Assembly (NCBI RefSeq): GCF_964355755.1
Contig: NC_092674.1
Location: 16,988,001-17,052,000 of the forward strand
Length of the DNA stretch: 64,000 nucleotides
Direction: 5' to 3'
DNA from: Antedon mediterranea
Lineage: Eukaryota > Animalia > Echinodermata
Both the position numbers and the translations under genes were made by a program. The notes below the pieces were generated by a model. The model saw only the letters and a program-made list of their open reading frames with translations. It was not told where the DNA came from and did not search any database. Below, piece by piece: positions 13,359-25,938 of this stretch. Position 1 is the stretch's first letter, and each line of letters begins with the position of its first letter.

Positions 13359-14900
13359 CAGGATAACCTCTTGTGATTGTACGAAATCATTCTGTATGAT
13401 GTTTGTGTAACGCTTTTCTCTAAAACTCGCAAACATAACATTTCGGTAACTATCTTAACATATTGACATTTACGTAACGTCGTCAAGCGAAGCTTTTCAT
13501 GACGTTTACAATTGCGCAACGTGACTTACGCGCGATTTAACGATTTTGTCGTATTTAACATAGCTCGACCACCAAATAACATTTCAACTTGAAACTTTGC
13601 AAAAGTTTAATTTATATCATGCGCTAACTTTCTGTTGAAAAAAAATTCCGTGTTTTACACAAAGTTACGCGCGCACGCGCATTTAAAATTTCAAAATGGG
13701 CAAAATTAATTTCTAATCAACTTTCTACGCGTTTCATGTCGTTTTAAGCATGTCAAAAATTCCCACGCGTGCGCACATTTTTACGTGTGCGGTGCGCACG
13801 TAGCATTGAAAACGTATTTTTTTCGCGTGATTTATTTTTTTCCAGCTTTTTCTAGTAATTTTACCAAATTTTAAACAATTTCGACTTAAAGATACGTCAT
13901 ACGAGCACGTCGAATTGGACAATTTGCGCGCGTTTTTTATGAAAAGGTTAAAAAATTCGTTTAAAATATGCCGTTTTTTAAACAGTCGTAATTTCTAAAC
14001 TAGACGGTCAAATTTTTGTGGATGACATATTCTAGAAGTAGATGAGTTGTAGATATCGGATCAGGTATTAATATGGCTAACCGGACATTGTGACGTCATC
14101 GTATGGCCACGCGAATATAAAATTTAGGATTTTTGTATCTTTCGTCATAGCTCATCACATTGAATAGAGCGCATCTCCACTTATCCGTTTTCCATTTTCA
14201 CCCCGATTTTGATATTGTCTAGGTCAATCAACTATCTTTCGCATGAGTTAAAAAATATTTAATTTTTTTGACGTCATCATGCCTAAAAATTTAAATCACG
14301 TGTGGCATCAATTTCATCTTTACAGTAAATTTTAATCTGTTATAGCTCGTAAAAATAAAATGTGATAATCACGATTAAAACTTTTTCTGGAAGCTATTGG
14401 ATTGTAGATACGAAATTATGTAAAAATGTTGCCAATCGGATGTTGTGACGTCATCATATGGCCAGTTTAATAAAAAAGGTCGTATTTTCATCTTTTGCGT
14501 CATAATTCATTACATTTAAAAGAGCGCGCATCAATATTTCACGTATTCAAATTTCTCCTACACGCTAATACGTTGTTGCTGAGATAATTTCCTTTCGGAA
14601 TTGCTACCTTCGCGTTTCATTTTAAAACCGTCAACATGTTAAAAATTGCAATAAATACCGGGTCCCGTAATTTCACCTATTCTACACTGTATGTGATATG
14701 GATACAGATTATACTGTGTATACTATATATGAATTTAAATAATAAAATTCAGCAATAACAACATATCATATTCTTCAGTTCAGGTCATAATGCCAACGTG
14801 AACACTTCCTTTTGTCCTCAACCTATCTCCTTAATGTTAATGTTGCACCACTTGCGCGGCGGATAACCAAACTCGTCAAAGTGACGAGTTACATGTCTAG
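13359..14900 (+). mobile_element. Unit 10 (first arm of 5' hairpin missing)
   Basis: Near-identical to unit 9, sharing its T-tract deletion; ends ACATGTCTAG. Confidence 0.8.
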
Positions 14901-17900
14901 TTCTTATTTCTTTCTCCCCCATTTTTGTGTCTCACGTATCTCAAAAACTTGTAAACATAACATTTCATAACTTTGTCAACATATGGGCATATACGTGAAG
15001 TTGTGCACCTCCTATTTTAGAATGACGTCAGAGTTGCGCAACGTGACTTACGCACGATTTTATGATTTTTTATGATTGACCATAGATTAAAAACCAAGCG
15101 TAATTTTGTTTTGACACTTTATGAAAATTTAAGTCATATCAAGTGCAAATTTTCTATGGATTAAAAATGGCATGTTTTACAAGAAGTTACGCGCGCACGC
15201 GCATTTAAAATTTCAAAATGCGCAAAATTAATTTCTAATCAACTTTCTACGCTGATCATGACATTTTGAGCATGTCAAAAATTCCCACGCGCGCGAAAAA
15301 ATTTACGCGTAAGGGGCGCACGGAGTATGAAAACCATGTTTTTTTTTCTTGAATTTTGAGTGTCCAGCCTTTCGTAGTCATTTTAAACAAGATTGACATC
15401 ATTTCAAGTTAAAATGACGTCATACGTACACGTTGATTTAGACCATTTGCATGCGTTTTAGTTGCAAAAGTGACAAAATATTGTCAAAATTATGCCTATT
15501 TTGAATCTATTATAGCTCGTCAGGATCAAAGGTGACCCCAATTTGTTTTAACTTATTATGCAAGAAGATAAATTGTAGATATAAATTCATGCAGAATTTT
15601 TACCTCTCGGAAGTTATGACGTCATCGTATGGCCACACGAATGTAAAAAATAGGATTTTTGTCTCTTTCGTTATTGCTCACCACATTCAATGGACCGCAT
15701 CACGCTTATCCGTTTTCCATTTTCACCCCGATTTTGATATTGTCTAGGTCAATCAACTATCTTTCGCATGAGTTAAAAATATTTTAATTTTTATGACGTC
15801 ATCATGCCAAAAAAATTCAATTACGTGTAGCATTAATTCCATCTTTACAGTAAATTTTAATCTGTTATAGCTCGTAAGAATAAAATGTGATAATAACGAT
15901 TAAAACGTTTTCTAGTAGCTATTAGATTGTAGATAGGAAATCATGTGAAAATTTTGCCAATCGGATGTTGTGACGTCATCATATGACCAGTTAAATAAAA
16001 AAGTCGTATTTTCATCTTTTGCGTCATAATTCATTACATTTCAAAAAGCGCGCATCAATATTTTACGTATTTAAATTTTTTCTACACGTTAATATGTTGT
16101 TGCCGAGATAATTTCCTTCTGAAATTGCTATCTTAGTGTTTCATTTTGATACCGTCACCATGTTAAAAATTGGAATAAATGGCGGGTCCAGTCATTTCAC
16201 CTATTCTACACTGTATGTAATATGTATACAGATTATACTGTGTATACTATATGACACAAAATAACAGAATTCAGCAATAACAACATATCATATTCTTCAG
16301 GTCAGGTCATAAATGCCATAATCTTTTTCTGTGTGCAATATTCCAACGTATAAAGTGCACGTGGCGTTTGTGGTGCGGATAACTAACTCGTCAAAGTGAC
16401 GAGTTACATGTCTAGTTCTTCTTTCTTTCCCGGATTTTTGTGACCAGCATATCTCTATTGCTTGTTACTATATCATATATATAACTTTTTCATCATATGG
16501 ACATTTACCTGAAGTTGTGCACCTCCATATTTTGAATGACGTCAGAGTTGCGCAACGTGACTTACGCGCGATTTTATGAATTTCAATGATTGTTCATAGA
16601 TTATAAACCAAAAGTCATTTTGTTTTGACACTTAGTGAAAATTTAAGTCATATCAAGGGCAAACTTTCTATGGATTAAAAATGACATGTTTCACAAGAAG
16701 TTAAGCGCGCACGCGCATTTAAAGTTTCAAAATGCGCAAAATTAATTTCTAATCAACTTTCTACGCTGATCATGACATTTTGAGCATGTCAAAAATTCCC
16801 GCGCGCGCAAACAAATTTACGCGTATGGTGCGCACGGAGCATGAAAATCATGTTTTTTCTCTTGAATTATGATTTTCCAGCCTTTCCTAGTCATTTTAAA
16901 AAAGATTGACATCATTTCTAATTAAAATGACGTCATACGAACACGTTGATTTAGACAATTTGCGCGCATTTTAGTTGAAAAAGTTACAAAATAATGTCAA
17001 AATTATGCCTACTTTGAATCTATTATAGCTCCTCAGGATCAACCGTTACCCCCAATTTTTTTAATTTAATATGTAAGCAGATATGTTGTAGATATGAATT
17101 CATGCAGAATCTTTATCCCTCGGATGTTATGATGTCATCGTATGGCCACACGAATGTAAAATATTGGATTTTTGACTGTTTCGTTATTGCTCATTACATT
17201 AAATAGAGCGCATATCGCTTATACGTATTCCATTTCCTCATATATTTAATACTGTCTAGGTCAATCAACTATCTTTCGCATGAGTTAAAAATATTTTAAT
17301 TTTTATGACGTCATCATGTCTAAAAATGTAAATAATGTGGGTCACTTATTTTTATCTTTACAGTAAATTTCAATCGGTTATAGCTCGTCAGAATTATAAG
17401 TGATAATCATGATTAAAACGTTTTCTGGAAGCTATTGGATTGTAGATACGAATTCATGTGAATATTTTGCCAATCAGATGTTGTGATGTCATCATATGGC
17501 CAGTTAAATTCAAAAAGTCATATTTTCATCTCTTGCGTAAAAGTTCATTGCGTTTAAAGGAGAGCGCATCTCACTTTCACGTGCCCAAAATTCTTAAAAT
17601 TTGTATTAATGTAATTATTTAGATAATTATCTTCTAAAATTGTTATCTTTATATGCCAATTTGATGACGTCATCGTGTTAATAATTGGATTTAAAAGATG
17701 GGTCTCGTAATTTCGTCTATTCTACACTGTATATAACATACAGTGTATTCTGTAAACACTGTAATATGCTGTATGCTACAAAATAGGTACAATTCAGCAC
17801 TGTAAACATTCTTAATTCATGTCATAGGATGGTATAATAATTGTCGAAGTTCATATAGTTTAAAGTATGTGCATGTTGCGTTTGCGCGGATAACCCGAAC

Positions 17901-17927
17901 TCGTCAAAGTGACGAGTTCAAATCTAG

Positions 17928-19517
17928 TTAGTTATCCGCTTAGTAGCGGATAACTCCTTGTAATCGTCCTGTTTCATCATATTTTTTTTTTTTTTCTGTA
18001 TTATACTTATTTCCTTCCGTCATTTTTGTGCGTCGCGTTTCTCTAAAACGTGTAAACAGAACATATCGTAACTTTGTCAACATATCGACATTTACGTGAA
18101 CTTGTGCACCTCCTATTTTTGAATGACGTCAGAGTTGCGCAACGTGACTTACGCGTGATTTTATGAATTTCAATGATTGATCATAGACTGAAAACCAAAC
18201 ATAATTTTGTTTTGACACTTTGTGAAAATTTAAGTCACATCAAGCGCAAACTTTCTATGGATTAAAAATAGCATCTTTCACAAAAAGTTACGCGCGCACG
18301 CGCGTTTAAAATTTTAGAGTGCGAAAAATCAACTTCTAATCAACTTTCTATGCGTTTCATGTCATTTTGAGCATGTCAAAAATTCCCACGCGCGCGAAAC
18401 TTTTTACGCACGCGGTGCACACGTAGCGTTAAAAACATGCTTTTTTCGCGTGATTTATGTTTTTTCAGCCTTTTATAGTAATGTTACCAACTTTTAAACA
18501 ATTTCGACTTAAAATTACGTCATACGAGCACGTCGAATTAAATAATTTGCACGCGTTTCTGATGAAAAAGTTTAAAAATTCGTCAAAATTATGCCTATTT
18601 TTAAACAGTCATAGATTCTAAACTACATGGAGAACTTTTTTTTAATTACATATTCTGGAAGTTGATGAGTTGTAGATATCGAATCATGCATTAATATGGC
18701 TAACCGGACATTGTGACGTCATCGTATGGCCACGCGAATATAAAATATAGGATTTTTGTCTCTTTCGTCATAGCTCATCACATTTAATAGAGCGCATCTC
18801 CACTTATTCGTAGTCGATTTTCATCCCGATTTTAATATATTCTAGGTCAATCAACTATCTTTTGCATGAATTAAAAAATTTTTAATTTTTTTAACGTCAT
18901 CATGCCTAAAAATTTAAATTACGTTGGTCATTAATTTCATCTTTACAGTAAATTTTAATCTGTTATAGCTCGTAAGAATAAAATGTGATAATCACGATTA
19001 AAACGTTTTCAGGAAGCTATTGTATTGTAGATACAAAATCATGTAAAAATTGTGCCAATCGAATGTTGTGACGTCATCATATGGCCAGTTAAATACAAAA
19101 AGTCGTATTTTCATCTTTTGCGTTATATTTCATTACATTTAAAAGAACGCGCATCAATATTTCACGTATTCAAATTTCTACTACACGTTAATATGTTGTT
19201 GCTTAGATAATTTCATTCTGAAATTTCTACTTTTGCATTTCATTTTGAAACCGTCAAGATGTTAAAAATTACAATAAAATACGGGTCCCGTAATTTCACC
19301 TATTTTACACTGTTTGTGATATGTATACAGATTGTACCGTGTATACTATGTATATGACACAAAATAACAGAATTCAGAAATAACAACATATCATATTCTT
19401 CAGTTCAGGTCATAATGCCTTAATATTTTTCTGTGTGCAATATTCTAACGTATGACGTGCACGTGGCGTTTGTCGAGCGGATAACTAACTCGTCAAAGTG
19501 ACGAGTTTCATGTCTAG
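17928..19517 (+). mobile_element. Unit 11 (uninterrupted; same subfamily as 15 and 18)
   Basis: Starts TTAGTTATCCGCTTAGTAGCGG with CTGTTTCATCATA, ends CTAG. Confidence 0.85.
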
Positions 19518-19576
19518 TTGGTTATCCGCAACGAAGTTGCAGGATAACCTCTTGTGATTGTACGAGATCAACATCA

Positions 19577-21170
19577 TTGGTTATCCGCAACGAAGTTGCA
19601 GGATAACCTCTTGTGATTGTACGAAATCATCAACATCAACTTTTTATTTGTCTTCTTTCTTTCTGTATGATTTTTGTGGATCGCTTTTCTCTAAAACTTG
19701 CAAACATAACATTTTGTAACTTTCTCAACATATCGTCATGCACATGAAGATGTGCAGCGAAGCTTTTCATGATGTTTACAATTGCGCAACGTGACTTACG
19801 CGCGATTTAACGATTTTGTCGTATTTAACATAGCTCGACAACCAAATAACATTTCAACTTGAAACTTTGCAAAAGTTTAATTTATATTATGCGCTAACTT
19901 TCTGTTGAAAAAAAATTGCGTGTTTTACACAAAGTTACGCGCGCACGCGCATTTAAAATTTCAAAATGCGCAAAATTAATTTATAATCAACTTTCTACGC
20001 GATTCATGTCGTTTTAAGCATGTCAAAAATTCCCACGCGTGCGCACATTTTTACGTGTGCGGTGCGCACGTAGCATTGAAAACGTATTTTTTTCGCGTGA
20101 TTTATATTTTTCCAGCCTTTTCTAGTAATTTTACCAAATTTTAAACAATTTCGACTTAAAGATACGTCATACGAGCACGTCGAATTGGACAATTTGCGCG
20201 CGTTTTTTAAGAAAAGGTTAAAAAATTTGTTTAAAATATGCCTTTTTTTAAACAGTCGTAATTTCTAAACTAGACGGTCAACTTTTTGTGGATGGCATAT
20301 TCTGGAAGTAGATGAGTTGTAGATATCGGATCAGGTATTAATATGGCTAACCGGACATTGTGACGTCATCGTATGGCCACGCGAATATAAAATTTAGGAT
20401 TTTTGTACCTTTCGTCATAGCTCATCACATTGAATAGAGCGCATCTCCACTTATCCGTTTTCCATTTTCACCCAGACTTTGATATTGTCTAGGTCAATCA
20501 AGTATCTTTCGCAGGAGTTAAAAATATTTTAATTTTTTTGACGTCATCATGCCTAAAAATTTAAATCACGTGTGGCATTAATTTCATCTTTACAGTAAAT
20601 TTTAATCTGTTATAGCTCATAAGAATAAAATGTGATAATCACGATTAAAACTTTTTCTGGAAGCTATTGGATTGTAGATACGAAATTATGTAAAGATGTT
20701 GCCAATCGGATGTTGTGACGTCATCATATGGCCAGTTATATAAAAAAGGTCGTATTTTCATCTTTTGCGTCATAATTCATTACATTTAAAAGAGCGCGCA
20801 TCAATATTTCACGTATTCAAATTTCTTCTACACGCTAATACGTTGTTGCTGAGATAATTTCCTTTCGGAATTGCTACCTTCGCGTTTCATTTTAAAACCG
20901 TCAACATGTTAAAAATTGCAATAAATAGCGGGTCCCGTAATTTCACCTATTCTACACTGTATGTGATATGGATACAGATTATACTGTGTATACTATATAT
21001 GAATTTAAATAATAAAATTCAGCAATAACAACATATCATATTCTTCAGTTCAGGTCATAATGCCAACGTGAACACTTCCTTTTGTCCTCAACCTATCCCC
21101 TTAATGTTAATGTTGCACCACTTGCGCGGCGGATAACCAAACTCGTCAAAGTGACGAGTTACATGTCTAG
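19577..21170 (+). mobile_element. Unit 13 (inserted between A and T in the unit 12 head)
   Basis: Starts TTGGTTATCCGC, ends ACATGTCTAG, no TSD. Confidence 0.85.
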
Positions 21171-21176
21171 TCTTTT

Positions 21177-22760
21177 TTGGTTATCCGCAACGAAGTTGCA
21201 GGATAACCTCTTGTGATTGTACGAGATCAACATCATCTTTTTCTTGATCTTCTTTCTTTCTGTATGATTTTTGTGGAACGCTTTTCTCTAAAACTTGTAA
21301 ACATAACATTTTGTAACTTTCTCAACATATCGTCATGCACATGAAGATGTGCTGCGAAGCTTTTCATGACGTTTACAATTGCGCAACGTGACTTACGCGT
21401 GATTTACCGATTTCCTCGTATTTAACATAGGTCGAAAACCAAATAACATTTCAAATTGAAACTTTCCAAAAGTTTAATTTATATCATGCGCTAACTTTAT
21501 GTTGAAAAAAAATTGCGTGTTTTACACAAAGTTACGCGCGCACGCGCATTTAAAATTTCAAAATGCGCAAAATTAATTTCTAATCAACTTTCTACGCGTT
21601 TCATGTCGTTTTAAGCATGTAAAAAATTCCCACGCGTGCGCAAATTTTTACGTGTGCGGTGCGCACGTAGCATTGAAAACATATTTTTTTCGCGTGATTT
21701 ATGTTTTTCCAGCCTTTTCTAGTAATTTTATCAAATTTTAAACAATTTCGACTTAAAGTTACGTCATACGAGCACGTCGAATTGGACAATTTGCGCGTGT
21801 TTTTGATGAAAAAGTTCAAAATTCCGTTAAAAATATGCCTTTTTTTAAACAGTCGTAATTTCTAAACTACACGGTCAACTTTTTGTGGATGACATATTCT
21901 GGAAGTTGATGAGTTGTAGATATCGGATCAGGTATTAATATGGCTAACCGGACATTGTGACGTCCTCGTATGGCCACACGAATATAAAATTTAGGATTTT
22001 TGTATCTTTCGTCATAGCTCATCACATTATATAGAGCGCATCTCCACTTATTCGTTTTCCATTTTAACCCCGATTTTGATATTGTCTAGGTCAATCAACT
22101 ATCTTTCACATGAGTTAAAAATATTTTAATTTTTATGACGTCATCATGCCTAACAATTTAAATTACGTGTGGCATTAATTTCATCTTTACAGTAAATTTT
22201 AATCTGTTATAGCTCGTAAGAATAAAATGTGACAATCACGATTAAAACGTTTTCTGGAAGCTATTGGATTGTAGATACGAAATCATGTAAAAATTTTGCC
22301 AATCGGATGTTGTGACGTCATCATATGGCCAGTTAAATAAAAAAGATCGTATTTTCATCTTTTGCGTCATAATTCATTACATTTAAAAGAGCGCGCATCA
22401 ATATTTCACATATTCAAATTTCTTCTACACATTAATATGTTGTTGCTGAGATAATTTTCTTCCGAAATTTCTACCTTCGCGTTTCATTTTAAAACCGTGA
22501 ACATGTTAAAAATTGCAATAAATGGCGGGTCCCGTAATTTCACCTATTCTACACTGTATGTGATATGGATACAGATTATACTTTGTATACTATATATGAA
22601 TCTAAATAATAAAATTCAGCAATAACAACATATCATATTCTTCAGTTCAGGTCATACGTGAACACTTCCTTTTGTCCTCAACCTATCCCCTTAATGTTAA
22701 TGTTGCACCACTTGCGCGGCGGATAACCAAACTCGTCAAAGTGACGAGTTACATGTCTAG
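21177..22760 (+). mobile_element. Unit 14 (near-identical twin of unit 12, inserted inside it)
   Basis: Body matches 22761-24279; spurious ORFs 21601-21819 and 23120-23338 translate identically. Confidence 0.85.
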
Positions 22761-24279
22761 TCTTGATCTTCTTTCTTTCTGTATGATTTTTGTGGAACGC
22801 TTTTCTCTAAAACTTGTAAACATAACATTTTGTAACTTTCTCAACATATCGTCATGCACATGAAGATGTGCTGCGAAGCTTTTCATGACGTTTACAATTG
22901 CGCAACGTGACTTACGCGTGATTTAACGATTTCCTCGTATTTAACATAGGTCGAAAACCAAATAACATTTCAAATTGAAACTTTCCAAAAGTTTAATTTA
23001 TATCATGCGCTAACTTTATGTTGAAAAAAAATTGCGTGTTTTACACAAAGTTACGCGCGCACGCGCATTTAAAATTTCAAAATGCGCAAAATTAATTTCT
23101 AATCAACTTTCTACGCGTTTCATGTCGTTTTAAGCATGTAAAAAATTCCCACGCGTGCGCAAATTTTTACGTGTGCGGTGCGCACGTAGCATTGAAAACA
23201 TATTTTTTTCGCGTGATTTATGTTTTTCCAGCCTTTTCTAGTAATTTTATCAAATTTTAAACAATTTCGACTTAAAGTTACGTCATACGAGCACGTCGAA
23301 TTGGACAATTTGCGCGTGTTTTTGATGAAAAAGTTCAAAATTCCGTTAAAAATATGCCTTTTTTTAAACAGTCGTAATTTCTAAACTACACGGTCAACTT
23401 TTTGTGGATGACATATTCTGGAAGTTGATGAGTTGTAGATATCGGATCAGGTATTAATATGGCTAACCGGACATTGTGACGTCCTCGTATGGCCACACGA
23501 ATATAAAATTTAGGATTTTTGTATCTTTCGTCATAGCTCATCACATTATATAGAGCGCATCTCCACTTATTCGTTTTCCATTTTAACCCCGATTTTGATA
23601 TTGTCTAGGTCAATCAACTATCTTTCACATGAGTTAAAAATATTTTAATTTTTATGACGTCATCATGCCTAACAATTTAAATTACGTGTGGCATTAATTT
23701 CATCTTTACAGTAAATTTTAATCTGTTATAGCTCGTAAGAATAAAATGTGACAATCACGATTAAAACGTTTTCTGGAAGCTATTGGATTGTAGATACGAA
23801 ATCATGTAAAAATTTTGCCAATCGGATGTTGTGACGTCATCATATGGCCAGTTAAATAAAAAAGATCGTATTTTCATCTTTTGCGTCATAATTCATTACA
23901 TTTAAAAGAGCGCGCATCAATATTTCACATATTCAAATTTCTTCTACACATTAATATGTTGTTGCTGAGATAATTTTCTTCCGAAATTTCTACCTTCGCG
24001 TTTCATTTTAAAACCGTGAACATGTTAAAAATTGCAATAAATGGCGGGTCCCGTAATTTCACCTATTCTACACTGTATGTGATATGGATACAGATTATAC
24101 TTTGTATACTATATATGAATCTAAATAATAAAATTCAGCAATAACAACATATCATATTCTTCAGTTCAGGTCATACGTGAACACTTCCTTTTGTCCTCAA
24201 CCTATCCCCTTAATGTTAATGTTGCACCACTTGCGCGGCGGATAACCAAACTCGTCAAAGTGACGAGTTACATGTCTAG

Positions 24280-25869
24280 TTAGTTATCCGCTTAGTAGCG
24301 GATAACTCCTTGTAATCGTCCTGTTTCATCATATTTTTTTTTTTTTTCTGTATTATACTTATTTCCTTCCGTCATTTTTGTGCGTCGCGTTTCTCTAAAA
24401 CGTGTAAACAGAACATATCGTAACTTTGTCAACATATCGACATTTACGTGAACTTGTGCACCTCCTATTTTTGAATGACGTCAGAGTTGCGCAACGTGAA
24501 TTACGCGCGATTTTATGAATTTCAATGATTGATTATAGACTAAAAACCAAACATAATTTTGTTTTGACACTTTGTGAAAATTTAAGTCACATCAAGCGCA
24601 AACTTTCTATGAATTAAAAATAGCACCATTCACAAAAAGTTACGCGCGCACGCGCGTTTAAAATTTTAGAGTGCGAAAAATCAACGTCTTATCAACTTTC
24701 TATGCGTTTCATGTCATTTTGAGCATGTCAAAAATTCCCACGCGCGCGAAACTTTTTACGCACGCGGTGCACACGTAGCGTTAAAAACATATTTTTTTCG
24801 CGTGATTTATGTTTTTTCAGCCTTTTATAGTAATGTCACCAACTTTTAAACAATTTCGACTTAAAATTACGTCATACGAGCACGTCGAATTAAATAATTT
24901 GCACGCGTTTCTGGTGAAAAAGTTCAAAAAATCGTCAAAATTATACCTATTTTTAAACAGTCATAGATTCTAAACTACATGGAGAACTTTTTTTTAATTA
25001 CATATTCTGGAAGTTGATGAGTTGTAGATATCGAATCATGCATTAATATGGCTAACCGGACATTGTGACGTCATCGTATGGCCACGCAAATATAAAATAT
25101 AGGATTTTTGTCTCTTTCGTCATAGCTCATCACATTTAATAGAGCGCATCTCCACTTATTCGTTGTTCATTTTCACCCCGATTTTAATATCTTCTAGGTC
25201 TATCAACTATGTTTTGCATGAATTAAAAATTTTTTAATTTTTTTAACGTCATCATGCCTAAAAATTTAAATTACGTTGGTCACTAATTTCATCTTTACAG
25301 TAAATTTTAATCTGTTATAGCTCGTAAGAATAAAATGTGATAATCACGATTAAAACGTTTTCAGGAAGCTATTGTATTGTAGATACAAAATCATGTGAAA
25401 ATTGTGCCAATCGAATGTGGTGACGTCATCATATGGCCAGTTAAATACAAAAAGTCATATTTTCATCTTTTGCGTTATATTTCATTACATTTAAAAGAGC
25501 GCGCATCAATATTTCACGTATTCAAATTTCTTCTACACGTTAATATGTTGTTGCTGAGATAATTTCCTTCTGAAATTTCTACTTTTGCATTTCATTTTGA
25601 AACCGTCAAGATGTTAAAAATTACAATAAAATACGGGTCCCGTAATTTCACCTATTTTACACTGTTTGTGATATGTATACAGATTGTACTGTGTATACTA
25701 TGTATATGACACAAAATAACAGAATTCAGAAATAACAACATATCATATTCTTCAGTTCAGGTCATAATGCCTTAATATTTTTCTGTGTGCAATATTCTAA
25801 CGTATGACGTGCACGTGGCGTTTGTCGAGCGGATAACTAACTCGTCAAAGTGACGAGTTTCATGTCTAG
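24280..25869 (+). mobile_element. Unit 15 (uninterrupted)
   Basis: Same subfamily as unit 11; ends TCATGTCTAG. Confidence 0.85.
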
Positions 25870-25938
25870 TTGGTTATCCGCAACGAAGTTGCTGATAACC
25901 TCTTGTGATTGTACGAAATCAACATCAACTTTTTATTT

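Larger units (their letters stand above)
8739..16415 (+). mobile_element. Unit 6: head 8739-8794, body 14901-16415; encloses units 7-10
   Basis: Head CTGTTACTTTT plus body CTTATTTCTTTCTCCC reproduces the uninterrupted start of unit 8. Confidence 0.78.
8666..17927 (+). mobile_element. Unit 5: head 8666-8738, body 16416-17927; encloses units 6-10
   Basis: Orphan TTGG head containing GGATAACCC pairs with the headless body ending GCGGATAACCC...AAATCTAG. Confidence 0.75.
19518..24279 (+). mobile_element. Unit 12: head 19518-19576, TCTTTT 21171-21176, body 22761-24279; encloses 13 and 14
   Basis: Rejoined pieces give AACATCATCTTTTTCTTGATC, identical to the intact head of unit 14. Confidence 0.85.
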
